NCBI GenBank assembly: GCA_038150265.1
Contig: JAYOTF010000010.1
Location: 1-64,000 of the forward strand
DNA from: Deltaproteobacteria bacterium
GTDB lineage: Bacteria; SAR324; NAC60-12
DNA length: 64,000 nucleotides
Direction of reading: 5' to 3'
Within the stretch, counting starts at the first letter, position 1. The number at the start of each line of letters is the position of its first letter. Made by a program: the position numbers and the translations under genes. This document shows positions 25,859 to 36,910 of this stretch, in pieces. The notes beneath the pieces are model-generated. The model did no database searches, was not told the DNA's origin, and was given only the letters and a program-made list of their open reading frames with translations.

Positions 25859-27055
25859 ATGGCCTTGAGCGGTCCAGAACCGGAGGTAATCGTCATTGGA
25901 GGCGGCCCAGCCGGTCTGGCCTCAGCGATCGCCTTTGCCCGCCAGCACCTCCGGGTTTGGGTGCTGGAGCCTCGCCCCTATCCCATTGTCAAACCGTGCG
26001 GAGAGGGCATCATGCCCACGGGCCTGGAACAGCTCCAGGAGTTGGGCGTGCTGCCCTTTCTTCAAGAAGTCCCGCACCTTCCCTTTCTCGGCATCACGTA
26101 CATCTCGGCAGGAGGGGTCACCGCGACCTCCTCGTTTCAGGAAGGTCCGGGGTGGGGGGTGAAGCGTGACGCGCTCTCTCAGGCGCTTGAGCACGCTGCG
26201 GCTGCCTGCAGCACCCTGACGATCCTCCCTCTGAAAGCAACGGTTGCCCTCACCCCAGACGGTCCGGAGGTCCACACCGAAGCAGGCTCCTGGCGTCCTC
26301 GCCTGGTCGTGGGAGCCGATGGCCTGGCGTCTCAGGTCCGGAAGGCCGCCGGGTTGGGAAAGCCTCGGGGGCGCCTGCAGCGGTGGGGCGTGCGCCAGCA
26401 CTTTCAGGTGTCCCCCTGGAGCGCCCATGTCGAGGTTCACTGGAAGTGGGGGGCGGAAGCGTATGTCACCCCAGTGGCTCCGGATCAGGTGGGAGTGGCC
26501 ATCCTCTGGGACCGCGACCGCGTACCGCCGCAGGCTGCAGGAAAGCAGCTGTTTCACGACCGCTTGAGCCGATTTCCAGACCTGGCCGCTCGGCTGCAGG
26601 GCGTCCCTGCGACCGATGAGCCCCAGGCTGTGGGGCCGCTGCACCGTCCGGCCCAAGGGGTCACCCGCCCAGGCCTGGCGCTGGTGGGTGACGCCTCCGG
26701 CTACCTTGATGCCATCACCGGCGAAGGCCTGAGCCTCGCCTTCAAGCAAGCGGTTGCTCTGGGAACGTGGGTCGGCCCAGCGGTCCGGTCGTCTCCAGCC
26801 GAACTCCAGTGGGCCTTGCAGCACTACGCAAGCGCTCATGCTGCGATGACCGCGCCCATTTACCAGGTCACCCGGATGGCTCTGCTGCTCCGGAACTTTC
26901 CCCGGCTGACGGATCGCCTCATGCGTGTCTTTCAGCAACATCCGGACTGGTTTCAGCACTTCCTTTCTGCCAACATGGGAGTGGTTCCTGCGTGGAAGCT
27001 TCCTCCTCAGGCCTGGCTCCGGATGCTCCAGGGCCTCGTGTTCTCACCGAAATGA
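25859..27055 (+). CDS. FAD-dependent oxidoreductase/monooxygenase (geranylgeranyl-reductase-like)
   Basis: 'GGGPAG', 'KPCGEG', 'GADG', 'LVGDASGYLDAITGEG'; start trimmed to 25859. Confidence 0.85.
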   Translation: MALSGPEPEVIVIGGGPAGLASAIAFARQHLRVWVLEPRPYPIVKPCGEGIMPTGLEQLQELGVLPFLQEVPHLPFLGITYISAGGVTATSSFQEGPGWGVKRDALSQALEHAAAACSTLTILPLKATVALTPDGPEVHTEAGSWRPRLVVGADGLASQVRKAAGLGKPRGRLQRWGVRQHFQVSPWSAHVEVHWKWGAEAYVTPVAPDQVGVAILWDRDRVPPQAAGKQLFHDRLSRFPDLAARLQGVPATDEPQAVGPLHRPAQGVTRPGLALVGDASGYLDAITGEGLSLAFKQAVALGTWVGPAVRSSPAELQWALQHYASAHAAMTAPIYQVTRMALLLRNFPRLTDRLMRVFQQHPDWFQHFLSANMGVVPAWKLPPQAWLRMLQGLVFSPK

Positions 27056-27145
27056 GAAAACTTACGTGAGAAATTGACAATACCCGTGGATCTATGAGAA
27101 ATTTATCTCACGTTTCCGGAACTCAAATAAGAGTTTTATCTCTTA
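27041..27145. promoter_or_regulatory. Promoter (TTGACA at 27074) overlapped by TGAGA/TCTCA operator-like repeats
   Basis: TGAGAAA at 27053, 27067 and 27095; palindromes TGAGA-N6-TCTCA (27095-27110) and TAAGAG-N6-CTCTTA (27128-27145). Confidence 0.55.
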
Positions 27146-27148
27146 AAT

Positions 27149-27378
27149 GACACCCTTGCGCTGAGTCAGTGGGGTGTTTCAATTTTCTACAAACCCCTGA
27201 GCCTGCCTGATTACTGGGGGCAGCGCCTTTTGAGGAGGGAGACTTTCCTGACTGGCCCAAGCTGGTAACGGGTTTGCAGCAAGTGACGCCGAAGTCCGCT
27301 GCAAGAGGGCAGAGTGATTTTGTAACTACTCGAAATTCCCTGCCTTTTCGCCCCTGTTACCTCATTTGGGAGAGTGTC
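27149..27378 (+). ncRNA. Candidate structured cis-regulatory leader RNA
   Basis: Several stems found by eye (CAAACCC/GGGTTTG, CTGCCT/GGGCAG, TTGCAGC/GCTGCAA, GAGGGCAG/CTGCCTTT); the 5' GACACCCT can pair with the RBS region. Confidence 0.35.
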
Positions 27379-27618
27379 ATGAAAGCGAAGAAACCTGATC
27401 TTTCTTCTCAGGAATTTGGAGAAGATCTCGAAAACGAGCAGAAGCAAAAAGAAGCGCAGCACCGCGAACTGGAAGACGCGATTCAGAAATTCCTGAGCAA
27501 GGGCCGGAGCATCAAGGTCCTGCCCCCTCAGGAGATCAAGAGCAAGACCGTGGTCGGAGGAGATCGCTGGGACGTTCCGGAGGTGCTGACTGAGATTCAA
27601 CGCAACCCTCTGGATTGA
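27379..27618 (+). CDS. Small acidic protein, SutA-like (RNA polymerase-binding) candidate
   Basis: 79 aa; 'KQKEAQHRELEDAIQKFLSKGRSIKVLPP' resembles the conserved SutA helix-GG-strand core; RBS GGGAGAG. Confidence 0.6.
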   Translation: MKAKKPDLSSQEFGEDLENEQKQKEAQHRELEDAIQKFLSKGRSIKVLPPQEIKSKTVVGGDRWDVPEVLTEIQRNPLD

Positions 27619-27624
27619 TCCTTC

Positions 27625-28098
27625 ATGCCCAACTCCGTCACCCGCGAGTCCATTGACCTGAACGCGGTCCGCCAACGCGCCTTGCACCCACAAGCCGGCG
27701 CGGTGCTCCTCTTCTGCGGGGACATCCGCAACCACAGCGAAGGGCAATCGGTCACGGAGTTGGAATACGAGGCCCATGAAAGCATGGCGCTTCGCCAGAT
27801 TGATCACATTACGGAAGAAGCGGCTCGGCGCTGGCCGGTGCACCATGTCGAAGTGATCCATCGCTTTGGCCGCATGCAGATCATGGACTGCTCCATTGTG
27901 ATCGCGGTTTCCACCTCTCACCGTGCCGACGCCTACGCCGCCAGCCGCTTCATCATCGACACCATCAAGCGATCGGTGCCGATCTGGAAGCGTGAGCACT
28001 TTGCCGACGGCTCCTCTGCCTGGAGCGCGGGCTCGGAAGCCTCCAGTGTGATGGATCCCGACCTGGAGCCCCCGACTGCCGTTCAGTCCCCTTCCTGA
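27625..28098 (+). CDS. moaE: Molybdopterin synthase catalytic subunit
   Basis: 'GAVLLFCGDIR', 'LEYEAH', 'HRFG', 'SHRADA', 'IKRSVPIWKRE'. Confidence 0.93.
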   Translation: MPNSVTRESIDLNAVRQRALHPQAGAVLLFCGDIRNHSEGQSVTELEYEAHESMALRQIDHITEEAARRWPVHHVEVIHRFGRMQIMDCSIVIAVSTSHRADAYAASRFIIDTIKRSVPIWKREHFADGSSAWSAGSEASSVMDPDLEPPTAVQSPS

Positions 28099-28196
28099 AG
28101 CACCTCCTTTCAGTAATTCTCGCCATTCTCCATAAACTTGCTATGCTGGGTCACAATTAGACCCATCTTGTCTCAGCCCTTCCCGACGCGGCCCTC

Positions 28197-29357
28197 ATGC
28201 AAGTTATCAAAGACGATCAAAGCCGAGAACCCTTCATCCGAGGCATCTTTGCCTACAAACTCATTCAGCGGGGCATGAGCTTCGAGGATGCGTACCAGAT
28301 TGCCAAGGATGCCAAGAATCGTCTGGCCAAGACTCAGGAGGTGCGTTCCTCAGACCTGCTTCAGCTGGCCGATCGCCTGGTTGCCGAGCGTTTTGGGGCC
28401 GAACGCCTTCAGCGCCTCAAGCCCCGGCTGGAGCCTCAGACCGCCCGCATTGTGGTGCAGCGCACCAACTCCGCCTCTCCGTTTTCCAAGGGGCTGATGA
28501 CCCAGTCCATCACGGCGTCGGGGTTGCCTCCGGAGGAAGCCTATCGGCTGGCGTATGAAATTGAATCGGAGCTGCATCAGTCCGGACGGACGAAGATCGA
28601 CCACGAGGAGTTGTTCAAGCTGGTCACCCGCAAGATCAGCGAGCATTATGGCAAGCAGACGGCAAGCCTCTATGGGCTCGCCAGCCGCATCAATCAGCTG
28701 GACCGTCCGGTGGTGCTGCTGATCGGAGGCGCGTCGGGCACCGGGAAGTCGACCCTTGCCACGGCCCTGGCCTCTCGGCTGGGCATCAACCAGGTCATTG
28801 GAACCGACTCCATCCGGGAGATCATGCGGATGGCCTTTTCGCGAGATCTGCTCCCCACGCTCCACCACTCCTCTACTGATGTCGGAAGCAAGCTGGAGCT
28901 TTCTGGCGCCCGGGAGTTTCAGCGCATGATTGCCGGCTTCATGCTCCAGTCGCAGCAGGTCAATGTGGGGGTGCAGGCGGTGATTTCCCGGTCCATTGAA
29001 GAGCGGACCAGCATCATTCTGGAAGGCGTTCACCTCATCCCGGCCATTGAGCAGGCCATGCGGATGAAGGAAACCCGGGCGTATCTGGTGCCCGTGGTGG
29101 TGACGTTGATCAGTGAGAAGGCTCACCGGAACCGCTTCCTGCAACGCGGCGAGCAGGCCACCCTGCGGCCTTCTGAAAAGTACCTGCGTCGCTTTGAGAA
29201 CATCCGGGAGGTCCACGATTACCTCCTGAGCTTCGGCAACCGCGAGGACCTGGACCTGATCAACAACGAGAACTTCGACCTCGCCATCAACGAACTCACC
29301 CAGACCATCATCAGCTCCCTCCACGAACAGGTCCAGCACTACAAGAAGCACCGGTAG
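28197..29357 (+). CDS. 2-phosphoglycerate-kinase-like P-loop kinase with two N-terminal ATP-cone-like domains
   Basis: 'PFIRGIF...AY' and 'PFSKGLM...AY' repeats; 'IGGASGTGKST', 'TDSIRE', 'ILEGVH'. Confidence 0.8.
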   Translation: MQVIKDDQSREPFIRGIFAYKLIQRGMSFEDAYQIAKDAKNRLAKTQEVRSSDLLQLADRLVAERFGAERLQRLKPRLEPQTARIVVQRTNSASPFSKGLMTQSITASGLPPEEAYRLAYEIESELHQSGRTKIDHEELFKLVTRKISEHYGKQTASLYGLASRINQLDRPVVLLIGGASGTGKSTLATALASRLGINQVIGTDSIREIMRMAFSRDLLPTLHHSSTDVGSKLELSGAREFQRMIAGFMLQSQQVNVGVQAVISRSIEERTSIILEGVHLIPAIEQAMRMKETRAYLVPVVVTLISEKAHRNRFLQRGEQATLRPSEKYLRRFENIREVHDYLLSFGNREDLDLINNENFDLAINELTQTIISSLHEQVQHYKKHR

Positions 29358-29381
29358 GCCCACTGACGGGGCGGCCCTCAG

Positions 29382-29798
29382 TCAGGCCGAGATCGCCTTG
29401 ATGTTCTCCAGGATCTTCACGACGTTGGAGCGGACCAGCTTGATGTCGAGGTCGTGGCCATCCTTGAAGTAGGGGTGGGTGTGGGGGTCAATGCCAAGCT
29501 TCTGCATCACCTTCATCATGAAGACCCGCTCCTCATCCTGAAACTCCCCATCCGCACCGGCCACCAGCGCCAGCATGTCAATGAGGGCATTCTTGGCGTC
29601 ATCGGAGGTCACCTGCTGGAGCATCGATCCCAACGACGGGTTTTGCTTGAGCTGCTGCTGCTCCTCTGGCGTAATGCGCCCCGCCTTGAAGGTGGCCATG
29701 AGGACTTTTTTTTCGGCAGGATGCATCTCCCCGTCTGAGTGCGCCAGGTGGCTCACCACACCAAGGATGGTCAGAAATTCTTCTCGATTGATCGACAT
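29382..29798 (-). CDS. TerB-like domain protein
   Basis: Two 'A..DG....E' motifs ('AHSDGEMHPAE', 'AGADGEFQDEE'); start trimmed to 29798. Confidence 0.75.
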   Translation of the reverse strand: MSINREEFLTILGVVSHLAHSDGEMHPAEKKVLMATFKAGRITPEEQQQLKQNPSLGSMLQQVTSDDAKNALIDMLALVAGADGEFQDEERVFMMKVMQKLGIDPHTHPYFKDGHDLDIKLVRSNVVKILENIKAISA

Positions 29799-29900
29799 GA
29801 GTGCTCCAAAAGCGTAACCTGCACAGGCAGGCAAGGTTTGAGACAAAGCCCGTTAAGCCGAGATCACTATAACGCACCCCAAGGAAGGTACAAGCAGAGG

Positions 29901-30308
29901 ATGGCGTTAGATTCCCGCTACGATCCCCAGTGGCCGACGATTTCCCGCACCGTCCGGGAGCTCTTTGGACAACGCTGTGCGCGCTGTGGCCAGGCCGGCC
30001 GCGCCAGTGACGTTCCGGAGGAGCGGCTGCAGGTGCATCACATCGACGAAAACCCGCAGAACAATGCGCTGGAGAACCTCATTCCCCTCTGCGCACGCTG
30101 CCACTTGCAGATCGAAAAGGAAGCCCGGCTGCATGCTCCGGGAGCCGGGTTCCAGTTGGAACTCTTTTGCGAGACCAGCTACTTTCACCAGATGCAAGAA
30201 ATGCGTCACCAGGCCCTGCAGCAGGCAAAACAGTTGTCCGCGCCCTCCGTTCGGGAGATGAGCGATGAGGAATACGAGCAGTATCGCGACCACTGGGAGC
30301 ACGAGTGA
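29901..30308 (+). CDS. Small standalone HNH endonuclease
   Basis: 'CARCG...LQVHHIDENPQNNALENLIPLCARCH'; start trimmed to 29901. Confidence 0.85.
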   Translation: MALDSRYDPQWPTISRTVRELFGQRCARCGQAGRASDVPEERLQVHHIDENPQNNALENLIPLCARCHLQIEKEARLHAPGAGFQLELFCETSYFHQMQEMRHQALQQAKQLSAPSVREMSDEEYEQYRDHWEHE

Positions 30309-30321
30309 AGCGGGCCGTGCC

Positions 30322-31404
30322 TTAGCGCTTGCGGCGTCCAAAGCCTCCGAAGCTGCGCTTCGTCGGGGCGCTGAAGCTCTTGCGGGTGGGCGCCGAGCGC
30401 ACCGCCGGTTTGGGGGCCGAAGCAGGCGCCGGACGGCTGACCGCGCTGTTGCTTCGCCCAAAGCCTCCGCTCCGTGCCGAGCCCGACTGGGCCCGGAACT
30501 GCGTGCTCTTCATCTGGTTGAGCGAACTCGTCGAGGTCGGACGGAACTTGTTGGCCGCAACCGTCTGACCGCCTGCGGTCCGGGCCGCCGAACTCGTGGG
30601 GCGGGCGTTGTTGAGCGACGACGTGTACGCGCTCCGGTTCGACTGCACCGTCGTCACCTGACGCGAAGGGCCCGGATTGTAACCGCCGTACCCGTATCCG
30701 TAGCTCGGAGAGAACAGCCAGTTCGCCATCATCGACCCGGCCATGGATGCCAGGAACATGCTCCCGAAGCTTGGGGTCGCGGAGTAGTAGGGTGAGTAAC
30801 CCGGTCCCTGATACATCTGCGGGTTGGGCGCCGACTGCACCGTCACCTGATCCTCTCCTTCCCGGATGACCGAGGTGGTCATCACCTCCACCGACTTGTT
30901 CTCGGCAATGTCTCGCCAGGCGTCCTGATCACTTCCCGGCGGCAACTCCTTCACCTCGGCAGGGTCCGGAACCAGAATGGAGAAGGTCAGGAAGTCCTGC
31001 CCACTGTCATTGACCTGCGGCACCACCAGCACCGGATCCGCCAGGCCATCGCCATTGAGGTCGATGGTGCTGATGTCCCGGATCTTGTTGGAGATCTTGC
31101 TCACGAGCGTTGCCAGGAAGTCCTGCTCGCTCACGTTGGCCTCCACGGTCTCCTTCACCGCGTCCGTCATCAACGCCGGCACAATCTTCGGGTCCAGGTT
31201 CTCTGACAGATCCAGGCCAAAGCGGTCCAGGGCTTCCTGGTTCAGGCTGTCGCTGACTCCAATCGGGACCGTGCTTTGGGTGAAGGTGGTCTGCTTTGCC
31301 TGATCCGAGTCACAGCCACTCACTCCCAGCAGGAAGGCGCTCAAGACGGTTCCGTAAACAAGCGGCTTGGTCCTGTTTTGAGTTGGGGTCTGTTTCCTTT
31401 CCAT
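30322..31404 (-). CDS. Hypothetical lipoprotein with a Ca-binding-like loop and a basic low-complexity tail
   Basis: Lipobox 'GVSGC'; 'IDLNGDGLAD'; G/Y-rich segment; tail 'SGGFGRS...SFGGFGRRKR'; RBS AGGAG. Confidence 0.75.
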   Translation of the reverse strand: MERKQTPTQNRTKPLVYGTVLSAFLLGVSGCDSDQAKQTTFTQSTVPIGVSDSLNQEALDRFGLDLSENLDPKIVPALMTDAVKETVEANVSEQDFLATLVSKISNKIRDISTIDLNGDGLADPVLVVPQVNDSGQDFLTFSILVPDPAEVKELPPGSDQDAWRDIAENKSVEVMTTSVIREGEDQVTVQSAPNPQMYQGPGYSPYYSATPSFGSMFLASMAGSMMANWLFSPSYGYGYGGYNPGPSRQVTTVQSNRSAYTSSLNNARPTSSAARTAGGQTVAANKFRPTSTSSLNQMKSTQFRAQSGSARSGGFGRSNSAVSRPAPASAPKPAVRSAPTRKSFSAPTKRSFGGFGRRKR

Positions 31405-31469
31405 CCTTGCTCCTTGAGGGAAAATGATTGTTGGGGAGACAAATCCTCACTTTAGCAGATTTTTTCCTG

Positions 31470-32231
31470 CTACCAGAGGGAAATCGTACCCCTTCCGGGC
31501 CAATAGGCCTCTCCTTGCCACGGGTTGAGTCCAAACTCGAGGGAAAGCCACTGAATCCGCACTCCCTCGTGCCACCCCACGGAGAAACCGGCCAGCCCCC
31601 AGAGGGTAACCTGCAGGCCCAGGCCTCCGGGAGTGGACTGCACCCATGGCCCCAGCGGGAAGTCCTTCCCGATCGCTGTCGGCGGCAGCGCCACCCCCAA
31701 CTCCGGAAGCTCCCGGAGGACATGTGCCACAAAGGTGTTGCTGTTCGGACCCGGCCACACGCGATAAAAGAGGGGCGCCGGGTAGCTCGCCACCGCCGCT
31801 TCCAGCCGAGGCAGCAAGGCCGTTGCTTCTGGCCCCCGCACCTCGCCCAGCAGCCGCGCCGGGTTGCCATACCACGAGCGGTTCGGAGGAGCCGACGACT
31901 GCGCCACCACCGGCAGGCCCCGGTACTGACGCCACCCGATCACCTCATGGATCACAAAACGAGACGCCCCGGGCTTCCGGACCGCCACCCAGCAGTGATC
32001 GGCAAAGGCGCCCCGCCACCCGTACGTCCGGGCCGCATACACCTGAATCCACGCCTCCTCGGTCCCCACTTCTTCGAGTGGACGGTCCGGAGCCCTCCGG
32101 GCCTGGCTCCAGTGGGTGTGCAGGTCGAGTCCTCCGAACTTCAGCATCCAGAGCGGTCCCGAAAGCAACACGGCGGTCAGGAGCAGCAACAGTCCCATGG
32201 TCAGGAGTCCCTGTTTGAGTCGTTTCCACAT
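31470..32231 (-). CDS. DUF3750-family protein
   Basis: '[12 protein letters not shown]', '[12 protein letters not shown]', 'LPPTAIGKD'. Confidence 0.8.
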   Translation of the reverse strand: MWKRLKQGLLTMGLLLLLTAVLLSGPLWMLKFGGLDLHTHWSQARRAPDRPLEEVGTEEAWIQVYAARTYGWRGAFADHCWVAVRKPGASRFVIHEVIGWRQYRGLPVVAQSSAPPNRSWYGNPARLLGEVRGPEATALLPRLEAAVASYPAPLFYRVWPGPNSNTFVAHVLRELPELGVALPPTAIGKDFPLGPWVQSTPGGLGLQVTLWGLAGFSVGWHEGVRIQWLSLEFGLNPWQGEAYWPGRGTISLW

Positions 32232-32441
32232 CCAGCATCTCGTCCAGTCGCTTGGCCTCTCGGCCCAGCGGGGTCAGGGGGTCAGGGGCCTAACAGGCCC
32301 AAAAGCGGGAAAGGGGAGAAGCGTTTTTCTTCCCAAAAAGGTAGAATCTTCTGGACCAGATCACAACTGTTCCGTCTCACCCGTTGCCGGGAGCCGGAAC
32401 CGCGCCCCCTTGACCGTGAATGTTTTTTGAGTGAGTGCCTC

Positions 32442-36173
<3,732 letters not shown>

Positions 36174-36224
36174 GGTTCGGTTTTTGAATTTCTCCGCAAA
36201 ACTGATTTTTACTGGAGACCGTTC

Positions 36225-36887
36225 ATGCGCCACCTCATCCTTGGGTTTTCCCTCATTCTGCTTGTCATCAGCGGCTGTTCCCGCTCCAACCTGGTCCGGA
36301 TCCGTGCCACCATGAGTGGGCTGGAGCAGGGCAAGGCCGAGCAGCTTGCGGCCACGGACATTGCCACCGCCGGAGCGCAGCTGGACGCGACGCCTGCGAA
36401 GTCCGAAGGCCTGGGGCTGCACCTGGTGACCCGTGGCATTCTGCTCGGAGGCAGCACCCTGACCACCACCTTTGAGGGGGAAACTTCTTCCGGCTCCACC
36501 AGCCTCATCAAGGAGACCTCCACCCTGAAGGCCAACTTCACCGAGGCAGGTTTTGTGATCGGGGAAAACTTCTCGTGGGGCTTTGGCGTGGGGGCCATCT
36601 CGGGGGGCACCCTGGAGACCCAGCTCGACTACGGCTACTCGGGATCCGGAAGCGAAACCCTGAAGTCTTCCGACGTCTCCGGAACCTCGTCCTTTTTCAT
36701 GCTGGGGCACCACGGATTCGGCTTTGAGACGGTCTTTGGCTTGCGTTGGAGTGTCATCAATGCCCATTATTCGAATTGGGACTCCAGCCTTTCGGAAGCC
36801 CTCCGGACCTCCCGCACCCTTGACATCACTCCGGACCCCAAGTTTCAAACCACCACCGCCTTCCTGGGTCTGGGGTTTGTCTTTTAA
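36225..36887 (+). CDS. Hypothetical exported protein, probable small outer-membrane beta-barrel
   Basis: Signal/lipobox 'VISGC'; amphipathic strands; C-terminal 'AFLGLGFVF'. Confidence 0.65.
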   Translation: MRHLILGFSLILLVISGCSRSNLVRIRATMSGLEQGKAEQLAATDIATAGAQLDATPAKSEGLGLHLVTRGILLGGSTLTTTFEGETSSGSTSLIKETSTLKANFTEAGFVIGENFSWGFGVGAISGGTLETQLDYGYSGSGSETLKSSDVSGTSSFFMLGHHGFGFETVFGLRWSVINAHYSNWDSSLSEALRTSRTLDITPDPKFQTTTAFLGLGFVF

Positions 36888-36910
36888 AACCTCTCCTTTC
36901 GGTGTGGACC

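Noticed and set aside
27041..27145. CRISPR array or transposon end
   Set aside because: The repeats are only 5-16 nt with no regular spacers, and there are no cas or transposase genes
27190..27378. 6S RNA (CCCCTGAGCC matches a 6S segment)
   Set aside because: The complementary GGTTCAAGGG-like arm is absent and the fold appears multi-branched rather than rod-like
27379..27618. MoaD/ThiS sulfur carrier next to moaE
   Set aside because: There is no C-terminal Gly-Gly (the GG is internal) and the sequence looks helical and acidic rather than beta-grasp
29901..30308. HNH as a homing endonuclease, prophage remnant or Cas9/IscB fragment
   Set aside because: There is no intron, phage or RuvC context; it has host-like composition and contains TCCGGA sites
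31428..32441. 338-aa N-terminal extension of the oxoprolinase ORF
   Set aside because: It overlaps the DUF3750 gene on the opposite strand; family homology starts at [13 protein letters not shown] (32442)
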